A DNA stretch of 64,000 bases, from positions 5,158,386-5,222,385 of the forward strand of contig MU063896.1 in assembly GCA_013265495.1 (NCBI GenBank), given 5' to 3'. Position numbers and translations under genes: made by a program. Of this stretch, positions 11,130 through 22,129 are shown one piece after another. Source of the stretch: Vicugna vicugna (lineage: Eukaryota). Each line of letters begins with the position of its first letter. Positions within the stretch are counted from its first letter, which is position 1. The notes under the pieces are model-generated. The model searched no databases. It saw only the letters and a program-made list of their open reading frames with translations, and had not been told where the DNA came from.

Positions 11130-14100
11130 CTGGAAAAAAAACACACACACTTTTTTACCATGAAAATATCTTTGAAGTTACCGTTCAGTGCTTTGCTGAC
11201 AATACATTTCCATTTTAGGATGTGGTTCCAAAGGTGGCTAGCAGGAAATTAAAAAGTTAACAAAACATTTTCAAGAGAAAATGGTGCTTTAAAATATTTT
11301 GGTTAAAGTTACACAGTTATTTGTTCAGGTCACTAAATTAAGTGTTGAATAAAGAGATTAAAAGCTTTTAAGGTAAGCATGTCTTTCCCCTGAAACAACC
11401 CTATCTCTTCACATTCTCTATTTAAACAGAAAAACACCAGTTTAGAAAGGAATAACCCTTTTTCTGCCTAAGATCCACTACTTCCAAGTTCATCTCTCTG
11501 TTATGCTTTGAGGTTCATCAATTATCATTTAAATGTCAAATCTATCTACCTATAAAACAGCTATTTATTTAAACTCAACACACTAAAGCTGTAACAGACT
11601 GATTCAGTACTTCTTTAAAAAGAAATAGTACTCATATTTTATAAAGGAATGAAACACAATGTGTATTTTGAGTTTATCACATCAGCTTTCCTCTTAAAAA
11701 ATGAAATTTAGTGAAATAATTCAGATACCTCCATAATATTACAATTTCTATGACATAATATTTTTCCACCTTGTGAGCATGAATGTGGTAAAAATAAGAG
11801 CTGCAAAAATAAGTGTGAATGACAAAAGAAGAACTGATATAAAAGGAAGACATTTTAAAACAAATATAATTTTAAACAAGAAATAAAGTCATCTTTTTGC
11901 CAATTACTTTTTGTATTCATATTCTCTGAAGGTAAAAAGAAAAACTCCGAAACCTGAACCTTATTTTTGTATTTTTTTTGTTTAGGGCTCTACTTTGCAA
12001 CCGCCTTTTAAAAAGTGTACCACCCCAAGTCATGCATCCTAAAAAACAAACAAATAAACAAAACCCAACCAGTTGTCAAAATCTCCAGTCAAGAGTGTCA
12101 CTCAGCTTATAAGAATTAAAACTCTCCCAAAGAAAAAACATCCAGAAACAGCATGGACAATGTTTCATAGTTATTCCCCACTCATCATTAATAGAAGAGC
12201 AACACAAAAAACACAGTTCCCATGGTAAAAGATGAGCCAGCGTAGACCTGGAGACTTGTTACTTAAGACCATTTTCTCTCCCTCTACGTGGATTCAGCCG
12301 TACCCAGCTTGGTCTAACAGCCTCTAGTCAAATGTCTGTTTGAAATAAAATCTGGTCCACACAAAAAAGCTGGGGGGGGTGAGGGATCATTTATCACTGC
12401 ATTACACATCCCACTTTATTAGCATTTGCTATTTCCTCTTGAAACCTTACTGTATGTAGTGGTCCACAGTCTTATTACGGTTCATCTTTATTTCTGGAGA
12501 TCCGGCGTGCAATCTTTCATTTGTTACAGTAGCCTTTATAACTGACAGCTGCTCTTTCCAGCCAGATGCTGTCTCTGTAATCTCTATTTGCTGTCACACC
12601 TTACTTTGCCCTTCTCACCCCGTGATCTTCTGTGCCGGGCTGTGGACCAGTTGGATACACTTTTGCTTTGCCGACATTAATGAAAAGCTTCCACCTGCCC
12701 ACACCACAGAGTAAATAATCTCAATCATAATGATAGCTTTATCCTTATAATATCTCTGCCTTCACATGCCAAGATAGGCTCTGTAATCGCGAGGTCCTGA
12801 TCACATAAAAAAAAATCGTCAGGAAAGAAAAATAAACATAACCAGGTGTTCTTACTCTTTTTTTCCCCTACGATATGACAGACTAAAACGTAAAACAAGA
12901 TCCCATGTTCCATAATTACTTGACATAAGTAGGGAGTCTACAATGCAAATAAGTATTTTCATTTGCTACATTAACTACACTAGAGGAAAACACAGGAAAA
13001 TAGCAAATGTTTTCTATGAATGGCAGGTGGTGGATGAAAAATTAATAGTTTACCTTTGGTGGACAAAGAAATGGAAGTGAAACAAAATCTGACTTGAACT
13101 AAAAGGTCATTTTCAGCTCAATTTCTTTCACACAGGAAAGTGATGTTGATAACATTCAGAATCAGTGTATTTCTCAAATATTTGTCCCTTTTTCTAGCTC
13201 TTTCTTCTGGTGGGAAAAAAACAGAGCAAGCCCTCGAAAAGGGTTCACAATCTAAATGGTATGCCCCACTTTTTAAGAGAGAAGAGGCCTGGGTACACCC
13301 TGCACTATGCAGACCACACCTTGGGATCAGATCCAAACACTTTCTGTGAGGTGGGGACATGAAATGCTTTTCAGGCAGCTTAGCTAAGTGGCAACTAGTA
13401 GCCACACACTCCCCATCACCCCATTTGAAAGACCTACATAAATGTGCAATCCAGTCCTTAACAAGAGGGCACAGAATTTCCTCAGATATTGTTCTCTTAT
13501 CAGCTTCATATGAAACCACTGGACATCAGAGATGTAACTGATTCTTGGGACCATAAACAGCCCCCCTTATTTTATACTGCAGGATGCCAGTGACTCAGCC
13601 AAGGTCCCACAAAAAGCTTACGGTAAAAATAAGAACAGGCCCTATCTAGGGGTCTTTTATGTATCACAGAATGGGAGATACAAGGAAGAAAATGCAGTTT
13701 GGAATGTCTAGCTCAGGGTCAAATGTGTGAAATAATAACAACTTGAGTTGACTGGTTTTTCCCATCCTCTTACTCCAGCCAGGGCCATATTAAAAGATGC
13801 TCCTTTAAGTGAATCCTTTGTTTGCCCTAAAAAGGACCAAACATATTTGGCTTCTTGAAATGTCTGCTGATGTTTCTCATTTCAAAGGCCCATCAGGGGT
13901 AGCTATTATGTGCTATATATAGTTACAATGTTCATTATGCTATGGTACTTTTTCTCATTTCCTTTCTCAAAATGAATCCCTGGAGAAGATGATAATGCTG
14001 TTCCTTTAAAACTATAACCAAAGTCTATTAAGTTTTCTACCTTGCTCCCTAAACATGGTGACTTGATGAAAACCAGCAGAGGTCAGTGAAGGGCACTGGA

Positions 14101-15853
14101 ATCCAGGACACAGGTCACTGATTCTTTCACGATAATCAAGAAATTATCATGGGATTCTGCACAGACACCAAAGTAAACACAAATACCTCCCCAACCTTCT
14201 TAGTTTCCTTCGTGAAAATTAAGAAGAGTAGAGATAAAATTCTCTACGCTGTTCTCTCTGATCACGTCAACTGCCACACAAGACAGGTCTTCCCCATACG
14301 GACACTTAAACCAAGGCCCTCCAATCCCTGATTACAGCCAAATTCACTCAAGGAGTGTCTCCTAAACAAGCTCTTGTACGAGTAAAGCTACATTAACCAA
14401 ACTGTCATGGACACAACAATAGGATCACTTTCAATGGAAAAAGGCAAGAATTTTACCATACTTGTGCATTAATGGCAGCGATGAGACCAGAATGTACTTA
14501 GTTTATAACATTTTTTCCCTATGATTAAGAGGGCCCTAAACAATAATTGCCTCCAAATCACGGCTGCTATTAACATGCTCATCCTAATAACTTCAGACTC
14601 TTTTAAAAGAAATTTAGAAGGACTTAGGAAAGGATTAAGATAATAAAATTCATATTCATATATATATATATATGAATTAAAAGGTTAGGGTAAGCTGACA
14701 AACTAAAAATTCTCACCTTAAAGCTATTGCTTTTATGAAAATTCATTACATTCCTTAGTTTCTTATTTTAGGGCTAAAAATAATATGACACAAAGATGAA
14801 AAGTTACTCTTCCATAACTTAAAGCAACCTAACTACAGAATTGGAGTTCTTTTTCCATGTGAGTCTGTCAGGCTTCATAATCAGCATTATTTCATGCCTC
14901 ATTCCTAGAACTGAGCATATCTGCTACGTTACATGTGGGGAAATGTACCTTCCTTGGTCACAGACATGAAACGCGTATTTTTAACCTAAGGGGAAATGCA
15001 GCACATTAGCTGATTTGTAACACAGGCACGCACATCTGAATCCCTAATGTACTCAATATTAAGGAGCATAAGCAAAATAGCAGAACATAAATAAGTTCAG
15101 AAATAAACTTCTTGTGTTCATGCACAGGAAATTAAAATTAGGTCCCAAAGAAGGGAAAAGATGCATCCGTGTGTAAATATCCAAGTGGCACTTAGTATAA
15201 ATCTGAGAAGCGGTACTAGTCTTAATGCAATGCATGACCTATATTTGGCTTGCGGCTTTTAGGTTTCCTGGAGAGCAGTATGCTTTTCAAGGACCTGGGA
15301 CTTTAAAAATTTTATTGTTAGAAAGCCAGAACGCAAAAGAGCTCACATGTGTATGGTGTAGCTTTTAAAATTCTGAAACAATGGCGTCTTTATGCTAGGC
15401 TGTGATAGTCCCAGAATTAACATTTAAAGAAATAAATAAACCTACAATCAAATCAATCATTAAGAAACATCTACAACCTCAAGGAAAATGTTCTATAAAT
15501 TATCTCATTAAGATCTAATCCTCAAATGTTTTAATCACACAGAATGACCCTCATAACACTTTCAAATATTTAAAATTTGTTTCTAACATACAGCATGATC
15601 TATTTTGATTGAATAGTTCATGTATACTCTACTACTGTGATTTTATCACACAGGCTGCAATCATTAAAAAAAAAGAAACCCCAAAATAAATAGTTCAATA
15701 AACATGATGACAGAATGGTGCCAAAAAGTTACTTTACTTGACCAAAAGGAAAGAATGGAAATGTACTGTAATGTATATTTATAATGGAATGTAATTGTAG
15801 ACTACTGTAATTAAATATAAAATAAAATGTAGGTTCAAAAACATGGTCCTTAC

Positions 15854-15934
15854 CATGGGTGATACACTCTGAGAACTGCAGCCACTTCTACCTTGATATG
15901 GATGCATGTAATTCTGGTACAGCTGCATGCCATA
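15854..15934 (-). CDS. GRB14: GRB14 exon 9 (81 nt), PH end/BPS start: YGMQLYQNYMHPYQGRSGCSSQSVSPM
   Basis: Acceptor tttactctgcag|TAT, donor ATG|gtaagg, phase 0-0. Inside ORF 15779..15970. Confidence 0.97.
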
Positions 15935-18191
15935 CTGCAGAGTAAATAAATAAAAACACACGCCCAGCACTTTTACTACACAGAGGACTTAGGAAAATCA
16001 ACATTTTCATTAATTATATATCATCAATATAAAAAATCAAAATTATAAGCTTTCCTTAAAACAAATAAGTGAAGCATATAAAATTTTGAAAGATAAACTT
16101 TTAGTGCCCTGAATAGTACAGTTTAAAAGACTGGCTTGCTTTCTTTTTTTTTTTCTGGACCCACATTTAAGGTCTAGGTCACAGTATAAAGATCTGGAAT
16201 TGACATGCCTACTCATTATTCTTAGCATCAATAGCACCAAAGCCTTTTGGAGTGGTATATCACCTCGCGATAAAAAGAGCTCACTTGGAAAGGGTGCCTG
16301 GCTTTATGGTACAAAGAATCTGAGATTCTTACATATATCCTAAGCAAACTTGGATAAAATTTACTATAACTCAATGACTGACTGATGGATTACATTGTCT
16401 TTTGTAATCCATAAATCTGACACTATTTTGAAGACCCTTGCACTGTATCATTCTCTGGTAACAGTACTCTCATGGCATTGTTTAATTTTTGGCTTTAAAT
16501 TCAGAGAAATCAAAACGGTAGGGAATCAGGCTAATTTCAGACAAAGGGTCATGGAACGCAATGTAAAGAGCAGTAGATAAGAACTGTAGTATCTTTACTT
16601 TCAGGAAATAGCATCATAAGAACTGGGCTTCAGGCTACAGATGGTAAATGGGCCTAGATTGTAACTGGATTATGAGTTTGAAAAACATTAAGAATGCCAA
16701 CTGCCCTGGCCAGAGTTATCTTGCAGGGGACCCCATCTGAAATAAGAAGACAAGCCCCTTAGACTTAAGTCACTTTGTTAAAAAAAAAAAAAAAGAAGAA
16801 ACCAATGGAACAGATAGGCTTCTTTTTCTCCTTGCTACCCGCTATAATTTTTTCCATTTCATGGAACCATAATGAACTTGAAAGTAGGTCCTATATAAAA
16901 GAGACACCATGGAAACCAATCTTACCCTTAGGATGAATTCCATTTAAACATTCCAACAGAGCTGCTTCTCTTCTAAAAACTATTTTCTTAAAAGCAATTC
17001 CAGCAAAGTGGATATATTTGGTAATTAGGCAGAAAATCAGAGGGGGGCGAGGGGAGTCACTGTTTTCAAGATTTTGCTTTTAACATGAATACAAACCCAC
17101 AGTCATTTAAAATTCTCTGTGTTGACTTCTTTATCCAATTATTTCCCAACTTCTAAAAATTATTTTTTAATTTAAGGTTTGATTGACATTAATAGGACCT
17201 AATGAAATTTATTTTAAATCAACTCTAACCCTAGAATAACTTTAAAAAGAAGACAGAGGCGCTTAATTCCTAGTCAAGTTCATTTTGGAGAATATACAAT
17301 AGACTCCAACCAACATTTTCACAAGGTACATGCTGCTTGGCCACCTTTTATTTACCTGCAGTGAAAAGCCTGCTACCTACTAATAAGACTGTTTTCTTCA
17401 AAGATGTATTGTCCCTGGTACCCGTGGTGTTAGGTACTTGCTTCTGTGCTGTTGGAAGTCTTTAGTAGGCAGTTAACTCTGGCCAAGGGGTAGGGCATGG
17501 GTCACCTTAACATTTCCCTGTCCTATGGAGGGGCAGATAAGGGACTAAAAACTGTCAGAGAGAGGCTAGCAGAGGTCTAATTGAAGGGAAGGGGAAAAGA
17601 CAACATGTAACTAGGACACTGTACGTGAGCAAATCTCCCCTTTTCTAAGCCTCTGATTTTCTATGATTCTGTATGTAACTGGAATTTCTCCAAAGAGAAT
17701 GAGAGTATCTCTATCTGATGTTGCATGAAGTGTTTACAGGCGTATATGAAAAAGAAAGGAAAATAAAACAAAAGGCCAAATTCTTGGGGGGAGGTTATAG
17801 CTAATAAATAGTATATAATGAAAACATAAGGGGCGCTTCTGGTCCAGCCAACATAACATAGACTAGTCTTTCCCTGCTCCTTGCCACTAAGTGCTAAGAT
17901 AAGACAACCAAAGGAGACGATCAAGATGCCTCTAACACCAGGTGAGCCCAGCTGCACCAGCCAGGGGGACCAAACAGGTGCCCCACTGACAACCTGCCAG
18001 CCTCAGTGTTCGTGCTGGCAGGCCCAGGCTTCCTGTAGCTGATTATGTTTAAGTGTAAAACAGATCACATCACTTTCCTGTTTGAAACTGTTTGGTGGTT
18101 TCTCATTGGCTCCAGGATAAAGGACCTCACCTCCCTCTCCAACCTCATCTGGAAAAGCTTTGCCATAATTGAAGCAAACAGGGAACACAGA

Positions 18192-18590
18192 TGTGGGAGC
18201 AGAATAATAGTCCTCATGTATGTCCACATCCTAATCCCCAGAACCTGTGAATATATTAGGCTGCCTGGCAAAGGGAAATAAGGTTGCAGATACAACTTTA
18301 GGTTGCTAATCAGCTGACTTTGAAATTAGGTAATTAGCTTAGATTATCCTGCTAGATCCAATGTAATCACAAGGGTCCTTAAGAGAAGCCAGAAGGGAGA
18401 ACCAGACAAATGGCAGCATGGAAAGGACTCAACCGGATATTGCTGGCTTTAAGGGTGGAGGAAGGGGCCATGAGCAGCCTTCAAAGGTTGGAAAGGGCAA
18501 GAAGATGGGTACCCTCTAGAGCTTCCAACAGAGAATGAAGCCGTGTTGACACCTTGAATCAGCCTAGCCTGATTTCTAGAGTTCTGATGG
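18192..18590 (+). mobile_element. MLT1 (MLT1D/E-like) ERVL-MaLR solo LTR
   Basis: tgtgggagcagaataat...gtccacatcctaatccccagaacctgtgaatat...gttgctaatcagctgac...tccaatgtaatcacaagggtccttaag. Confidence 0.85.
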
Positions 18591-19178
18591 AAGGGGAGAA
18601 AAAACCCTCAAGTTATTTTCTCTACCATAACTGTGATGGAATAAAGTCTTCCAAAGAATGCCAGCTTCTTTATCTGTAAGAGAAGACTGAATGAAGTCAG
18701 TGGTGCTTCATCAGCAGACACCTGGAATTCACCCACAAAATCAGGATCCCCTAAGATGGGGCTGGGCACGTGGAACTTCAGAAAGTGCCTCAGGTGTTTC
18801 CGAAGCATATCCCTAGTTACCTGGTTACTAGTCCCTTGACTGGTTGGTTTCCAAGACCCTCTAAAGGGATTTTCTTCATTTTGTTTGTTTGATTTCCATT
18901 TTATGATAATTAGAGCAGTGCAGAAGCAACTACTTATCATGAGGGTTTCAAAGAATCAGGACTTCTAAGATTTGCTGAAATCAAAATCATAACAGTCATT
19001 TTAACAGTAGACTATTTGAGAAACAAACCTCTAATAAAAACGTAACCATAGTGGCTTTTTGCCATTAACAGCAAAAGGAAGAATATGTCACAGTTAATCC
19101 AAAAGCTTCCTTTAAATCACTTTCACACCGATTAGGATGGAAAATAAATGTTGGTGAGGATATGGAGAAATTGGAATT

Positions 19179-19360
19179 TTTTAAAAAATTTTGTTTTGGT
19201 CTGGGGGGTAATTAAGTCTGTCTGTCTGTCTTATCTATCTATCTATCTAGCTAGCTAGCTAGCTATTTATTTATTTAATGGAGGCGCTAGGGAATGAACC
19301 CAGGACCTCATTCATGCTAAGCACACACTCTACCACTGAGCTATACCATCCCTTACCCCA
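19179..19360 (-). mobile_element. Young tRNA-Ala-derived SINE (camelid type) with 11-bp target-site duplication
   Basis: Head GGTATAGCTCAGTGGTAGAG...CTTAGCATGAATGAGGTCCTGGGTTCATTCCCTAGCGCCTCCA has A/B boxes and resembles tRNA-Ala(AGC). It is followed by an (AAAT)n-derived linker and CTTAATTACCCCCC. TSD AAATTGGAATT lies at 19168-19178 and 19361-19371. Confidence 0.88.
19217..19277. repeat. Compound tetranucleotide microsatellite (TCTG)n(TATC)n(TAGC)n(TATT)n inside the SINE
   Basis: Read directly from the sequence. Confidence 0.95.
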
Positions 19361-20795
19361 AAATTGGAATTCTTACACATTGCTGGTGGGAATGTAAAAT
19401 GGTTCACTCTCTCTAGAAAACATTTTTGCAATTCATTGAAAAGTTAAACACAGAATTACTATATGACCAGCAGTTCCATTTCTAGGTATATATCAAAATA
19501 ATTGAAAACTGTTAAATAAATACATGCATAGACATGTTCACAGCAGCACTATTCACAACTGCAAAAAGGTAGAAACAATCCAAATATCCATCAACGGATA
19601 AATGGATAAACAAATTGTTTATCATACATATATAGACAATGGGATATTATGCAGCCACAAAAAGGAATGAAGTATTGATATATGATACAATGTGGGTGAA
19701 CTACAAAACATTATGCTAGGTCAAAGAAGCCAGACCAGAAAGGTCACATATTGTATGATTCCATTGCTATGAAATATCCAAATTGGTCAATCCACAGAGC
19801 CAGAACATGGTTTAGTGGCTGGGTGCAACAGCTTACTGGGTACAGTTTCCTTTTGAAGTGAAGAAAATGTTTTGGAGCCAGATAGAGGTGGTGGTTGCAC
19901 AGCTTTTTTTGCACAACAATGTACTCAATGTCTCTGAGCTGTTCACACTAAGAATAGTTAATTTGGTTAATTTTATGTTATGTGAATTTCACCTCAATTT
20001 AAAAAAAAATAAAAGAATAAAAGATAAAACTTTCTTCCAAACCTGGTATGACAACTAATAATTCTGATCAGATTATTCTGCCCTTCTTAAAAGGAAATGG
20101 TTGATAAGTTTTATAATTACAAATTTGAAGTTGTGCTAAATTTGCCAGCATACAAGTTTTGAAAATAAATGTGTTTTACAGACATTCTGGAAGAAATCAG
20201 CTCTGTGCCTCTCTTCTCCACCTACCTGTAGAACATTCTTACTCCTTTCAGAATGCTTAACAACAAATTTTGCTTATGGAAGTTGCAATTTTTACTTAGC
20301 ACAAAGGTAGATGCTTTAATAATTATATCTCCAGTAAAATTTATAAAATAATTTGAGTTAAACTGGAAAGCAATTTACACAACACTTACATAAAACATAA
20401 AACAACTGCACCAAATATATCCAGGTGGGCATGTTTTAAAATACACTTCACATTGGATTGACGGCACTGTTTTTAAAATGTAGACTAAGTCATGGACAGA
20501 GAAATTTTAATCAGTTATATACTGGCTATATGTAGAATACTCTTACAAAACAATAAAAATCAGAACATTTCTAAAAATGGAATACTCTACACACACAAGA
20601 TAAATTTATTAGATTATTCCACTCTACTCTGCAAATGTTTATCTTTTAGATAAAAAAATAAAATACACCCTTATGATAGGGGTGATTTTTCTTCTTTCTC
20701 ACATACCTACATGGATTCACAGTGAATCTTCTGAGTTTTGAAATAAAGCTATTTTCAAACTTCGATGGTACTCCCAGCATTTAATTGAAAGTCAC

Positions 20796-21007
20796 NNNNN
20801 NNNNNNNNNNNNNNNNNNNNNNNNNNNNNNNNNNNNNNNNNNNNNNNNNNNNNNNNNNNNNNNNNNNNNNNNNNNNNNNNNNNNNNNNNNNNNNNNNNNN
20901 NNNNNNNNNNNNNNNNNNNNNNNNNNNNNNNNNNNNNNNNNNNNNNNNNNNNNNNNNNNNNNNNNNNNNNNNNNNNNNNNNNNNNNNNNNNNNNNNNNNN
21001 NNNNNNN
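20796..21007 (-). other. GRB14: N gap (212 nt) inferred to hide GRB14 exon 8 (expected 96 nt, C-terminal PH domain)
   Basis: No sequence encoding [32 protein letters not shown] was found by eye between exons 7 and 9. This is the only unread stretch there, 92 nt downstream of the exon 7 donor. Confidence 0.75.
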
Positions 21008-21099
21008 CTGTCTCTTTTTAAAAGAAATTAAAAGAAACTCAAGCTTACCTAAAAGGCTGAGGCTTGCGTTACTCATCTATCAAAATATTAAGCCTGTAC

Positions 21100-21210
21100 C
21101 TTAAAGCAGAATCCATAGTTGGTCGGTGCTCCATGTTTCTTTTTGCCTGCCAGTGACACGTAAATATCACTATTGCCAAATTCGCTGAAAAACTGCAAAC
21201 GCCGTGGTTC
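21100..21210 (-). CDS. GRB14: GRB14 exon 7 (111 nt), PH domain: EPRRLQFFSEFGNSDIYVSLAGKKKHGAPTNYGFCFK
   Basis: Acceptor ttttttaaag|GAA, donor AAG|gtacag, phase 0-0. Confidence 0.96.
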
Positions 21211-21961
21211 CTTTAAAAAAAATACATGTATGTGTGTGTTGAAATGGATACGTATTTTTACACAATCTTTTATATCTCTATTATATTACATAATTTATAC
21301 CTTGGCAAAAGCTATTCCACATAATGTCACAGAAACAAAAGGAAAGGACAGCGAAGTCACTATATCCTTAAATAACCAGGAGCTGGACACAAGATGATTG
21401 AATCTGAGAAGCGCTGATTCATTTATAATTTAACTTGCAATATACAAAAAATACATCTTCCCATTTTAAAATTACTCTCTTTAACTACCATTTCAAGGAA
21501 TCTGAAGGAGAAAAGAGTGCGAAGAATGGCTTTTGACAATGTTTTCCTTGTCTGAGTTTCAAATAATGGTTCAACAAAGGGAAGAAGGTTAGATTGAGCT
21601 TCTGCAGCAAAGAAAGAAAAAAAAAGATGATTCCTGCTTCATTCAGGAACGATCACCCCTCATGTTTTCGTGCTGCCTCACACGTCACAGCAAGCGACGA
21701 AACAGGCTGCGTGACTACCTTCCTGTACGAAGAAGGAAGCCTGAACAGAAGAGTTCAGAGAAATTACTGGGCAGTGGATTTTCAAGCCAAGGGGAATCAT
21801 GAGGAGCTATTTCTTCTCCGGGAAATCCATGAGATTTAGAGCCGGTCATGGGAAATGACTGGGTCATACTGTTCTATGACAGGTTAATAACTTGGAGAAA
21901 TGCTTAATTCTGGAGCTGAATGTATAATCAAAACTGACCAAAATGCATTTGTTCTTTAAAA

Positions 21962-22129
21962 CCTCGCTACTGGCAGTGTGGTCCCAGGCCAGCAGTATCA
22001 ACATCACCTGGGAGCTTATCAGAAATGCAAAATCTCAGGCCCCACCCCAGACTTGCCGATTCAAAATCAAAATCTGCGTTTTAACAAGAACCCGGGTGAT
22101 TCATATGCACTGAAATTTGAGAAGCAGTG
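21962..22129 (+). mobile_element. MER5A/MER5A1 hAT-Charlie MITE
   Basis: gtgtggtccc..gccagcagtatcaacatcacctgggagctt..agaaatgca..atctcaggccccaccccagac...tttgagaagcagtg. Confidence 0.85.

Larger units (their letters stand above)
19110..20030 (+). mobile_element. L1M (L1MB/MC-like) 3' fragment interrupted by the SINE
   Basis: Typical L1 3' motifs (aaatgttggtgaggat, cattgctggtgggaatgtaaaatggt, cacagcagcactattcacaa, aaaaggaatgaagta) end in an A-rich tail. The sequence is continuous across the SINE TSD. Confidence 0.85.

Noticed and set aside
19290-19350. tRNA-Ala-like sequence as a tRNA gene
   Set aside because: It is a SINE head with mismatched stems, a SINE tail and a TSD, not a functional tRNA.
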